In this document: positions 17,419-28,500 of the stretch, in pieces
How the letters are laid out: each line of letters opens with the position of its first letter
Position numbering within the stretch: position 1 is the stretch's first letter
DNA from: Candidatus Woesearchaeota archaeon
Lineage (GTDB): Archaea; Nanobdellota; Nanobdellia; Woesearchaeales; GW2011-AR9
Direction of reading: 5' to 3'
Assembly (NCBI GenBank): GCA_016214025.1
Contig: JACRPH010000003.1
Coordinates: 1,814 to 65,813 of the forward strand
DNA length: 64,000 nt
Notes under the pieces: generated by a model
What the model was told of the DNA's origin: nothing
What the model saw: the letters and a program-made list of their open reading frames with translations, nothing else
The model's database searches: none
Program-made: the position numbers and the translations under genes

Positions 17419-17559
17419 GAATTGGCGATTTTTTAAAGGAATTAAAGCTTACAGAAGGAAAGAATACGGGATTTAGAAAAATAAGAAACGCGATGGAAGT
17501 CAATGGCTCACCTGCGCCAATATTTATTACAGATGACGAAAGAGTCCAGTTTATTACAA
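17419..17559 (+). repeat. Right copy of the perfect 141-bp direct repeat
   Basis: Identical to 13105-13245. Confidence 0.95.
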
Positions 17560-17606
17560 AAACGAGCAGATATTCAAGAAAGTTCGCTTCGCTCACTAAA
17601 AACTAA
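17419..17606 (+). pseudogene. Orphan 3' remnant of an AlbA_2/HATPase_c_4 gene
   Basis: Encodes 'RIGDFLKELKLTEGKNTGFRKIRNAMEVNGSPAPIFITDDERVQFITKTSRYSRKFASLTKN*' with no upstream body. Confidence 0.7.
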
Positions 17607-17608
17607 TT

Positions 17609-17863
17609 TTACATCCTAATTTCTTTCTTTTTTCTTGGTTTATTAGGTAAGAAGATTAGAATTCCTCTTCCTTTGATATTTCCATGCCACTCCTGTAAGC
17701 TTACGTTCCCCATATCATACAGTTCATAGTGCAGACCATTTAATGAAGAATGCAAGTATAACTTTGACTTAGGATATTCTTTACCATTGCATTTCGTAAT
17801 GTGCTTTGATATTTTGCCTACTTTTAGCAGTTTAATTTCGAAAGGCTTATATGAAAAGACCAC
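17609..17863 (-). CDS. Hypothetical protein (84 aa)
   Basis: ORF only; no motif recognised. Confidence 0.3.
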   Translation of the reverse strand: MVFSYKPFEIKLLKVGKISKHITKCNGKEYPKSKLYLHSSLNGLHYELYDMGNVSLQEWHGNIKGRGILIFLPNKPRKKKEIRM

Positions 17864-18340
17864 TTTACTTTAGAAATAAGCGTAATTCTTAAGCTTTGTG
17901 GCTACAATCGAAGTTATACTTCACTGTATTATTAGGCAGTTCCAAGTGCTCCACACGCTCCATCGGAAAGGGTTTTATACTTTATATACAACTAAAATGT
18001 GCAAAGAGTTTATTTATGCCGCCAGAGAGATAATTCATAGTCAATAGCGACAAAAAAAGTAAAGGTGATGCAGGAAATCCAGAATGGGCATATGCAACTG
18101 TACTAATGATGAAAACAAGACCATTATTGCCCAAACACCTGCTCTTTAGATAATAACTTCCCTTCTTTTTCCTCTCGTAGTGCTAATTCTACTGCTTCTT
18201 TATCCTCAGAATAGGTTACAATTAGCGGGATTAGAGTGGTAAAATAAATACCCCAAATAGGGTAAAGTATTTAAAGTAAAACTATTTATTACCACAAAAA
18301 TGGTAAAAAAGGGGTATTTTACTAGGGGCAGGATTACCAC

Positions 18341-18904
18341 ATGATCAGCCAGATTTTCACCCCAGACTGCTTTAAGGTTCTCTCTTTATTCAGCATCTCT
18401 CCCGGTTCTCGATTTAACCGCACTGAAATAAAAAACAGAACCAGACTAAATAATGTGCCTTTGGACAAAGCACTGTTGCTTTTGCTTAGTTCGGGAACAA
18501 TCACCCGTACCAAAAATTATTATGGATTAAACTTTGAGAATGACAATATTAAACCTTTATTGGAGCTATGTTCTAAACAATATAAGCAATTAAGAGAACT
18601 GCCTTTAAACGTTTATTATCTATTATTAGATTTAACCGCAGGCTTATCTTTGGTGAAAAAAGTTGAAGTATTTTTGTTTGGGTCCTATGCCAAATTAGTG
18701 TATAAAGCGAACTCCGATGTGGACATAGCTGTTTTATGCTCAAGTCAGCTTGGTAAAGCAGCCATTAGTAAGTTAACTGCAAAATTGGAACAACAATATC
18801 AACTGAAACTTAAAGTACATTACTTTGAAAAGAAATCATTTTATAAAACCAAGAAAAAACCATTAATAAAAAGCATCTTAAAAGATGGAGTTAAATTAAT
18901 ATAA
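18341..18904 (+). CDS. wHTH plus nucleotidyltransferase domain protein
   Basis: 'VFLFGSYAKLVYKANSDVDIAVLC' NTase motif. Sits immediately upstream (2-nt gap) of the surface locus. Confidence 0.6.
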   Translation: MISQIFTPDCFKVLSLFSISPGSRFNRTEIKNRTRLNNVPLDKALLLLLSSGTITRTKNYYGLNFENDNIKPLLELCSKQYKQLRELPLNVYYLLLDLTAGLSLVKKVEVFLFGSYAKLVYKANSDVDIAVLCSSQLGKAAISKLTAKLEQQYQLKLKVHYFEKKSFYKTKKKPLIKSILKDGVKLI

Positions 18905-18905
18905 A

Positions 18906-21350
18906 ATGTCAAAAAAGAGGTCGTTCGGCAGCTCAGGACAGGTAACTATATTCATAATTCTAGGGATATTGCTGCTGTTTGGCTTCCTTTCTATGATGTA
19001 CTTAACCGGCTCCGTTAAACAGGAGCAACTTAAAACTGAACAAACCAAATTTACTTCTAATTTATTTCAGAAAGAAGCCATGCGCCTGTACGTGGAAGAT
19101 TGTTTGGAAGATGAATTAGAAAATGGCTTGATTCTACTGGGAAAACAAGGCCGAATCTGGGAAGATCAGCCGGGCGGAACTAAACCTTATGCAGAAGGAA
19201 AAAACGGAGCCAGTTATGATGGGGAACGGGTATTATTCGGCATCAGTAGAGAAGAATATTCTTCATTTCAGAATGCCTATCCCTGTAACAATGATACTGC
19301 CCCTACTGAATTTTGCCGATATAAGCACCCTGACCTTAAAGTGGGCTTTGGCATTTTAGAACTAAAAGAAAGCACCCTAGAAGAAGACTTACAGCGATAC
19401 TTGATTAACCGCACGTTATGGTGTGTAGAAAACTTTACTAAGAGTAACATCTCTCAAAATGCCGAATTAGTGACTAAAAAGCTAGACTTAACTGTAGATA
19501 TCATCCAAGAAGGAATCAATGTTAAGGTTTACTTTCCGTTAAAGCTTAAAATAGGAAAAGAAGAATTTTCTCAATTAACTCAGTTTGATTTCTTTTATCC
19601 GTCGAGATTTAATGATCTGCTCGACGCTGCCGTAGCTCGCCCCTTGAAAGAGGATTACACTAAAGTAAACTTCAATTATACCCAAAGTTTCTTAGAAAGC
19701 CCCGAATTTGGGTATTATGACACTTATCTTTCATTAGGAGTCCAGATGGAAAAGCAGGAAACATCTAACGGAGATAATTTCTTTAAGTTCACCCCGGTAA
19801 TGTTTAGCGTATTAAATAAGCCGGTGGATTATTCATTCCATATTGCCCGGCAGAATCGGCCTCCAGCGCTGGATTATGTAGAAAGACTCGCCTGTCCTTC
19901 GTTAGGCTATGATTATTTAGTTATCGAAGGAGATAATTCATCATTGGGAGAAATAAACATCACCTTGAATGCTTTGGATCCAGATGAAGACGGTTTTAAT
20001 TATAGCTTCAATGAAGTTCTTGCTTCTTGGATTGGAGCAGCGGGTGGTAAGAAGACGATAAATAACTCTAATTTATATGTATCTAAAGATTTGCTTCAAC
20101 AAAATTGGTACAACTTTACTGCCAACGCCACTGACGAACACAACTTAAGCGACTGGCAGACGGTAAGAGTGCTGGTAGATAGACCACTTACAGTAAATGT
20201 AACTTTCTCCTCACCATATGCCGATATTGAAGGGATGAGCGGCGGCGTGGCAATTGTATCCCCTGAAGACCCTGCTTTCATTAACTTAATTCTTCCAAAT
20301 GATTCATTAGTTCCAAATGCTTCACCGCAGATAACTTTGAATTATTCCAATGACGACGGAATTACTGCCTTTGGATACGAAATTCCTTCAGTAGAGATTC
20401 CCATAAGTCCTGATGGCTGTTACAGTTTCCCGCTCAAAACCGGTAAAAAGTGCAAATTAGCTTCTTATGGTGCACCAACAGAAATAATTGGCTTGTTTCC
20501 TGACAATACTTTTGGCTTAGGGCAAACCAATGGTTTACTTAACTTATCTTATTCCATGGACTATTGCAGCAACCTGAACGCGTCTAAGTCGGTAGAAATT
20601 CCAGTATATGTTGCACCCTGTGTTCCACATAAGAATCCAGAACGGCCGTTTGCGTACCCTTATCACATCTACAAATTCTTGGATTATAACTTTACCTTGG
20701 GAAATGGGACTTTTGACCAAAAAGAAACCGGAACTACCACTGGATTCAATCCTTTGGAAGCTACTCACTCTTGTTGTATTGGTGTTCCTGAAAATCCCGG
20801 CGGCTGGAAGCTGGTCGACGAGAATGATCTTAAGAATCCCTGTTTTGTTAATCCGGCTCCGGGCTGTTATGGTGTAATTGCCGATTACTTAAAATTAGAA
20901 AAGAATTATGGTGGTTATGTTCTGGAAAAAGAAATGCAGCTGTGCGACGGAACCAGAGGAAATGTGTGTGAAGGCGGCCCAGCCGGGGAATTATGGGACG
21001 ATAAGCTTACTTGCGGGGAAAACAATAAGAATAAATGCAATGGTATCTCCTCCAAATGTCAAGGGCTTCCCGCGTTTGGATTAATTCCGGACAAAGGCTG
21101 GTGTTATGGCAAGATGGGATGTGAGAAACTTTGTCCATCATCTCAAAGCGTAGTTAGCCTTGATAAATATAACAATGCGCCAACAGAAATGATAAATGCC
21201 CGAGCAAAAAATAACCAACTCCTGAGCGACGGAAAAGAGCTGGGTTTCGTCTGCGGCTGCTCAGGCCATGATGGAAGTACCTGCGACTCCAACTTTAATG
21301 GTTTTTTCAGTGGGAAATGTGACGGTGGAAAATGCAAAGGAGATAATTAA
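18906..21350 (+). CDS. Large Cys-rich secreted protein with a pilin-like N-terminus (814 aa)
   Basis: N-terminus 'MSKKRSFGSSGQVTIFIILGILLLFGF'. The C-terminal third is Cys-rich ('CCIGVPENPGGWKLV', 'CGCSGHDGSTCDSNFNGFFSGKCDGGKCKG'). Confidence 0.6.
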   Translation: MSKKRSFGSSGQVTIFIILGILLLFGFLSMMYLTGSVKQEQLKTEQTKFTSNLFQKEAMRLYVEDCLEDELENGLILLGKQGRIWEDQPGGTKPYAEGKNGASYDGERVLFGISREEYSSFQNAYPCNNDTAPTEFCRYKHPDLKVGFGILELKESTLEEDLQRYLINRTLWCVENFTKSNISQNAELVTKKLDLTVDIIQEGINVKVYFPLKLKIGKEEFSQLTQFDFFYPSRFNDLLDAAVARPLKEDYTKVNFNYTQSFLESPEFGYYDTYLSLGVQMEKQETSNGDNFFKFTPVMFSVLNKPVDYSFHIARQNRPPALDYVERLACPSLGYDYLVIEGDNSSLGEINITLNALDPDEDGFNYSFNEVLASWIGAAGGKKTINNSNLYVSKDLLQQNWYNFTANATDEHNLSDWQTVRVLVDRPLTVNVTFSSPYADIEGMSGGVAIVSPEDPAFINLILPNDSLVPNASPQITLNYSNDDGITAFGYEIPSVEIPISPDGCYSFPLKTGKKCKLASYGAPTEIIGLFPDNTFGLGQTNGLLNLSYSMDYCSNLNASKSVEIPVYVAPCVPHKNPERPFAYPYHIYKFLDYNFTLGNGTFDQKETGTTTGFNPLEATHSCCIGVPENPGGWKLVDENDLKNPCFVNPAPGCYGVIADYLKLEKNYGGYVLEKEMQLCDGTRGNVCEGGPAGELWDDKLTCGENNKNKCNGISSKCQGLPAFGLIPDKGWCYGKMGCEKLCPSSQSVVSLDKYNNAPTEMINARAKNNQLLSDGKELGFVCGCSGHDGSTCDSNFNGFFSGKCDGGKCKGDN

Positions 21351-22451
21351 ATGAAACACAACATACTCTTTTGGGTTGTACCTTTCGCAGTATTAATCTC
21401 TGCTTCTTTTGCTTTAGCCGAAGATGGCTGCTTCACCTACGCTGATAGCCCATTATATTGTAAAACCATTTCCATTGAAGAAGCGCAGGATGAATGCTCA
21501 TTGTATGAAGATTGTACTCTCGAAGCTGCTTTTTCCTCCGGAACTTGTGATGATACTTCTGCTTTCCCTTCCTGCCAGAAAGTCCTGTGCAAAAGCTCTT
21601 GCAGCGAAACTTTCGTAGAAGAATGTTCTGCCGGAATAATTCCCGAGGAGGAGCAGGCAGAATGGTGCTCTCCCGGCTGCTGCAAGTTTTCTTATTCTGA
21701 AGGCGATTTTTGTGAATACAAACCCTCCAAATGGCTGTGCGAAGTAGAAGCCAAGAATAAAAATATCGTTCAATTTAATTTTGGAATTTCTGATGAGGAA
21801 CAATGTGCTGATTCATGTGCAACTGCAACCTCACCCTTAGAGAAAGAAAATGTTCCCATCAAGCCCAGCACCAAAAATATTTCCCAAACCAATCTTACCG
21901 ATACTAACGAAACTGAAACTAACTCTTCCGGATTAGGCTGGTTTTTAGTATTCCTGTTAGTGGTAATCGTAGGAGGAATAATATTTTATTACCGCAAGCT
22001 CATTTCTTTCAACCTAAGTAAATTATCCCCAGAACCAGAAGAGGAATTAGAAGACGTTACGCGCCCACCGAAACCTGAAGACGATGACAGCTTCTCCAAA
22101 ACGTTGTGGAAATATTTGATAAAAGAAAGGCTGAAGCCGCTTACAGCAAAGTATGGGCGCAAAGTTAAAATAAAGCAACGCGAGGAATTCTTGATGGAAA
22201 CCGGCTTAACCGTGGAAAAGGCTCCGGAAACTATCTTTACTAAGTTGAAGAAATTATCCCGGAAGAATAAGCACGCCGAACCTGCTCCTAAACCCAAGCC
22301 AGAAAAGAAAGCATTAGAGCGCTTAAATGAGCTTACTGCCAAGCCCTCAGCAAAGTCAGGTTCTGCTGAAATTCCATTAACTTCTACTAAGCCTAGTTCT
22401 AAGCGCAACGAAGCTCTGGAAGAGTTAAAAAAAGTGGCCAAAGGAAAATAA
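21351..22451 (+). CDS. Type I membrane protein: signal peptide, Cys-rich head, TM, K/E-rich tail (366 aa)
   Basis: 'FWVVPFAVLISASFALA' signal; head includes 'EWCSPGCCKF'; TM 'GWFLVFLLVVIVGGIIFYY'; tail ends 'LEELKKVAKGK'. The head and tail are paralogous to those of the giant protein. Confidence 0.65.
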   Translation: MKHNILFWVVPFAVLISASFALAEDGCFTYADSPLYCKTISIEEAQDECSLYEDCTLEAAFSSGTCDDTSAFPSCQKVLCKSSCSETFVEECSAGIIPEEEQAEWCSPGCCKFSYSEGDFCEYKPSKWLCEVEAKNKNIVQFNFGISDEEQCADSCATATSPLEKENVPIKPSTKNISQTNLTDTNETETNSSGLGWFLVFLLVVIVGGIIFYYRKLISFNLSKLSPEPEEELEDVTRPPKPEDDDSFSKTLWKYLIKERLKPLTAKYGRKVKIKQREEFLMETGLTVEKAPETIFTKLKKLSRKNKHAEPAPKPKPEKKALERLNELTAKPSAKSGSAEIPLTSTKPSSKRNEALEELKKVAKGK

Positions 22452-22510
22452 CTTCTTGATCCAACATACCTCAAATCCCTTTCTCTTTCTCCTGAAACGG
22501 GCTCGGAACA

Positions 22511-22518
22511 TTTATAAA
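22511..22518 (+). promoter_or_regulatory. TATA-like box 28 nt upstream of the giant-protein start
   Basis: 'catttataaacg'. ATG at 22546. Confidence 0.4.
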
Positions 22519-22545
22519 CGATTAAGGTTTTATTCGGGGTATCAG

Positions 22546-25500
22546 ATGACAAGTAAAAAAAGAGGGATGTTTTACGTAGTTTTAGCTTTATGTTTGATAC
22601 TTTTAGCTCCGTTAGCGTTCAACCCCGTTAATGCTGCCGTAAACGGCTGTTATACTTATTCCAAAGCCAGCGAGGATTTATATTGTGCATCAGGCGGAAT
22701 TTTAGAAGATGAAGCTAAAGCGGATTGTGTAAAATATCCTGATTGTAAAATTGACCAACACTTTATTCCTGGCTCTGACTGCAGCGATATCGATGATTGC
22801 AAAGAAATAACCTGTAAAGTTGACTGCAAAACCCACACTTGGGGCAAATGCCAGCAGTTAGCCGGAGCAGGAGTCTCAGATTTAGAAGTGCCTGCCGAGG
22901 AGTATGAGGCGTGGTGTAATCCGGGCTGCTGCAAATTCACCCCCACTAAAGGAGCTAAAGATTTCTGCCAGTTTAATTTGAACCAATATCAATGCACTAA
23001 GCAGGCAGCGTTAAATGGAGTTACTGATTCACAAAAAATCATTTTTGATAATTCTGCTGGGATGAACTTAAACCTCTGTGCCCAGACCATTTGTAAGCTT
23101 CAAATTACTCCCTCTGACTTAACCATTTTTGTTAAAGATAGCAATGAGAAAGGGATTGAAGGAGTTAAAATAGTACTTCAGGGAGAAGCTCAAGAAAAAA
23201 CCACTGATTCTTCGGGAAAAGTAACTTTTTCTAAACTCACACCCAAAACTTATCTGGTAAAAGCAACTAAAGACGGATTTCTTTCTGCTTCTGCTACCAT
23301 TCCGTTAGCTTCAAACCTTTCTAAAACGTATAATTTTACTTTAGTTACCGCCGAGGGAACGGCTTCAGTTTCCGGAACTATAACTGACACCAATGGAGCA
23401 GCACTAAATGGAGCAACCCTGTCTTGGACGGGCGTAACTGAAGGAAAAACTACTGCTGATGCTTCCGGTAAGTTTTCTGCCAGTACTCTTCCCCCCGGAA
23501 CCTATACTTTCACTGCCAGTATCATCGGCTACAAGCCCAGTATTCAGGCTGCCACTTTGGAAGCAAAAGTCCCTGCCACGTTAGACTTTAAATTAGAAAA
23601 AAGCGCCTTGCAGGGCATAACCGGAACCACTTATTTAGATTCCAATGATAATACTGAGCTTGATGCCGGAGACCAACCTATCGCCGGAGCTAAGATTTAT
23701 GTTGATGGAATATTCAAAGGCCTTTCTATCTATCCCGAAGGCAAATTTGAGATTAGTGTGGAAGTAAAAGCTACTGAAGGTAAAGAAACCCATAAGCTTT
23801 CAGCTGTATATCAGGACTACAACGCTGAAATAGAAGTAGAATTAACTAAAGGAGAAACCCTTTCACAGAATTTGCTATTAGTAAGGTATCTGGGCGAATG
23901 CAGTAAAGGTGGCGTTAATGAGCAGAAAGATGTAGAAGCGTTTTATGCCGTTCCCGTTCCTGGAAAGAAAGAAGTGCAGTTAAACTGGAACAAGCCTTGT
24001 CCGGAAGTGATAGGATATGGAATAGAGAAATGTAAAGCAGAAGAGTGTAGCTCTATTCCTCTTCCCCCCACGGCTAACGCTTATACTGACACTGAAGTAG
24101 AATGGGAAGCGGCGTACAGCTATAAAATTTGGGCCGTCTATGATTATGGCTTGTCCAAAAATATGGTCGAACAAGCTATCACTTTAGGCAGTGAATTATG
24201 TGCTGGGCGTTATCACGAGCTAACTGGATGGGAAACGTTCTGCTTTGGCAAAACTCCGGATGAGCGCAAAAAAGTGTGGACCTGCGACGATGGAAATAAA
24301 TTAATTGGCTCCAAAGACTGCGGCGAGATGGACGGCACCGGAGAAAATTATTATTGCGCTAGAGTAGCTGAAGGCGTAGCTGAATGCAAAAATACGGGCT
24401 CGTGCGGATTGTTTGGAAATCCGTTTGGATTATATTATAATTCAGAAATGTGTTATGGCAGTATGGTCGCTGAAGGAGCAAAGCCCGCTAATTACTGTTA
24501 TTATGAATACACCAATACCGTAGTAGAGCAATGCAAATCCTGCACCCAAGTTAATAGCTGTTTTGATTATCAAAGCCAAGATGCATGCGAAGTAAACAGC
24601 TGCCTCAGTAAAGATTGTACCTGGCTCAATGCTGCCCAAAACGAAGAGCCCATCATAGATTACGGTTTAATTCTTCCCGGATTAGTCACGCCCGAAACCG
24701 GAGCAGGCTATTGTGTGGAGAAAGATTATACTAAAGATGATAAATGCTCGTTATGCAGCCCCTCGGCCAGCTTATTTGACAATTATTTTTGCACGGCTCA
24801 AATATGCACCAATTTAGGGAACTGTTTTGCTTCGGCGGGATTAAAATACTGCCAATCCTGCGGCGAAGCCCCCACTAAAGACACTAATTGTTATAGCTAC
24901 GGAAGCAAATTGGAATGCGTAGGCAGCGATGAAGGTGAAGAAGCCGGAATTTACAAAGATCCGTCAGAGCACATAACTGCTTCTAAAGATAAATGCTCGT
25001 GGAAGAGATGCCGCTGGGAAGGGAACTCGGGAACGGATGGCAAGTGCATCAAAGACGGGAATGTAGATGAAGTGGATGACTGCGAAGCCTTTGCAGATGT
25101 GGGCAGCGCTAATACCTGCCGTATGGACAACTCACCACCTAAAACCGTAGTTGAGCCCGCTGGAGTTAACGTTGTTTCTTTGGCTCATCCCAATATCACT
25201 TTCTTTGGGAATGATAAATATCATAAGTACGCGAATCAGCAGAGCGATATGGGTGCACTGGGATATTGTTTAACTTCAGGAGACCCCACTGCATCAGATA
25301 GTTGTGTAAGAGATAATGAAGGGAATTCTGCGTTCATTGAAGTCCCCTATGCCGGAAAGCTCCCCGAAGAATATCTTACCGTAGATTTAATCAATTCAAA
25401 ATATCTTGCTGGGCAAAGCATTGAAGGAGACACCTATAAATTAAAATTTTATTCTCAGGACAAATATTTCAATCAGGAAGACCTTCAAGAAACGTTTGTG

Positions 25501-28500
25501 TTTGTAGATAATGTAGTTCCCGAATTTGAAATCAAAGATACTCAAGAAACTACTGCCGATATTACTGATTTAACTATAACTTTGGAAGGCATCGACGAGC
25601 CGTTAGAATGTAAATTTGATTTGATTTCAATAGTCCCTCAAGGAAGCGTACAAACTCAAACCGTAGCCCGAGAAACCGAATTAAAAGAAGTTAAGTTTGA
25701 AGGGTTAACTGGAGTAAAATATGATTTAAACGTTACTTGTAAAGACGACCATGATAACACCAACACTAAAAATGCCACTTACGTATTCGACTTAGAGCAA
25801 AACATTGATGTTATCGAGCCGGCGCTTAAAGGAGTAATTGCTGCTACCGATATCGTGTTTAAGATTCATACTGATGTAGGCGCTATCTGTGCGTTATACT
25901 TAGCTGATACTAATGAAAAGATAACTGATTTTATTCCAAATGAAGAAGGCAAAGAGCATTATACCAACACTGTAGTTGGATTTACTGAAGGAAAATATAC
26001 TGGAACCCATAAAATTGTGTGCACAGATCTTCTTAATGGCGAGGTAATGGAAGATTACTTTGACTTTACGGTTGATTTCACTCCGCCTACCACCCAGATA
26101 ACCCTAAAAGAAGGAAAGAGAGAAGTAAAACCGATTGATTACGGCTGGGAGGAATATTTCATCAGCTCCGTAAATATTGACTTTGAATGTACTGCTGACG
26201 GCTTTGGATGCAGTAAGACTTTTTATTGCCTCGGAGTAGGATGCGAATTAATCGGAAGCCCCGAATATAAAGAATACACTGGAACGGTTGCGTTAAACGA
26301 AACCAGCCAGATATGTTATTATTCCACCGATGCGGGAGATAGCATGGTATTCTCTCCGCTGTGTGGAAAAATTGTAGTAGATGGTTATGGAATAACTTTA
26401 GAGCAGCCACCCCCGTATTTTTACCAAGGAGAAGTATGGGGAATCAGCAACTTGCCGGTATTTAACTGGGGATTCTTTACTAAAGTACCCACTAAAGAAT
26501 GCGGGTTTGACTTTACTTCTGGAATTGATTATATGAGCCTGCCTGACCATAAAAAGAAACCGCTCAACAGCGAACAGAAATACTTATTTGAAAATTTCCC
26601 CCAAAGCGTATTAACTTCTTACGCTGAAGATGGCGGCACCAAAGCCGTTTATGTTAAATGCCTGAACCATGAAGATGAAATCGGTCCCGAGAAAAAGATG
26701 AATTTAGAGTATGACCCCACTCCTCCGGAAATTACGGAAGCCTATGCTAAGCCCAATTTAGTACTAGAAGAAATTTTCACCAACCTGTTTACAGTAACTG
26801 ATGATAAGACGTTATGCAAATTCAGCGATAATTCTGAAGGTGCCGGAAGCAATGAATATTATACTATGGAATTCCCTTTCCCCGGCTTAGAAAGTAATAC
26901 TTTAAATATTACTCATCAAGCCGAGTTTGGAATTTCTGACGTGGGCGATGATGGCATGAAAGATTATTCTTTATTTGTGCAGTGCCAGAATGGAGCAGAG
27001 AACTTATCCAATGTCAAAGATATAAATTTCTCAGTCGATTATACTGCGGTCGGCTATATTATTGCTAGCTCACTTGCCCCCGGCGGGTATGTAACTATTC
27101 CTGACGTGACTTTAAAAGCAGAGACCAGCAAAACTGGCTTGTGCGAGTTCAGAGAGAATGTTAATCAATCATACACCCAGATGGACGGTGCCGGAGGAAA
27201 GCTCCACGGTTCTGTGTTAAGTAAACTTCCCGAAGGCGCACATAAATTTTTAGTTCGGTGTGCTATGGGGGATCATGTTGCGGAAGCAGCGATAGATTTC
27301 ATTATAGATTTAACTCCCCCCACCATCAAAGAAATTAATGACGGCAACCGCACCTGCGGCCAGGACAAGCTAAGTGTATCTGTATATACTGATGATGCCA
27401 ATGTAACCGGATATTATTATGAATTGTATGATGCCGGGGAAGATAAAAATTATATCGTGCCTGCTCCAGCGGTTAATACATCTAAATCACTGCTCAATGC
27501 TTCTAAGCTTCCCGTGCCTAAAGCTCCGATTCCTAAAATTAATGCATCTTTATCAGCACCCAAGAGCGGAGCAACTCTAGTTGGGAATGGAACCCTGCCT
27601 TCCAGCTTTCCATTAGAAATACCGGCTCCTGTCGGAATTAATATTTTAGGAGCTAATGCTTCCGGAGGCAATGCTTCGGGGGTTAATGCATCAAGTGTTA
27701 ATGCTTCCGGGTTTATTGTTGGTCACAAGTATGTGGTTAAGGTAAAAGCGCAAGACGCGGCTGGAAATTGGGGCGGGATGAAAGAAAGCGACGGCGTTAC
27801 TGCCACTTACAAAAATTACTCGGCTTGCATTGCGGATATAACTGCACCTAAAGTGACTATGTTATTAAACGATAATTGTACTCTGAACCAGCCAGTGGTA
27901 GAATTACATTGCGAAGATGAAAATGGATGCACTGGATTCAAATATGGGAAGTCTTCCACTTCTGCCTGTAATGCTACGTTAAGCTACACTGGAACTGCTA
28001 TTCCGGTAGACAAGAAAAGCTGGTTATGTTATTATGTAGCTGATACTAAAGGCCAGAATATTTCCGAAACCAAGCCGGTGTTAATCGTTGATGATGACGG
28101 AGATGGAATTGTAAATAAATGCGATCAGTGCCTGCTCACTCCTGCTGGAAAAGTAGCGGATAAAAGCGGCTGCGCCTCCAATGACACTTTCACTGGACAG
28201 AATAAAACTGTTACCGATATAGATAATGACGGCTTGCCTGATGATTGGGAAAAGAAATATGATGCCGAAAACTGCGAATTTGATTACACTAAGAAAGATT
28301 CTGACGGAGACACTATTGCTGATTCAATGGAAGATTATGATGGAGACGGGTTGAGTAATCATAAGGAATATACTTTAGGTACTAACCCCTGCATCAAAGA
28401 GCTGATTGGGCCCAAGATAGAGCCGGGAAAATTGGGCTCAGAACAGAATAAGACTAATGTGACTAAACTTCCTTCTGAAGAGGAAACTTTGCTTCCAGTG

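Noticed and set aside
18239-18322. Imperfect inverted repeat 'ggtaaaataaatacccc' / 'ggggtattttac' upstream of 18341 as a regulatory site for the surface locus
   Set aside because: It is short, AT-rich and imperfect. It is plausible but not distinguishable from chance by eye.
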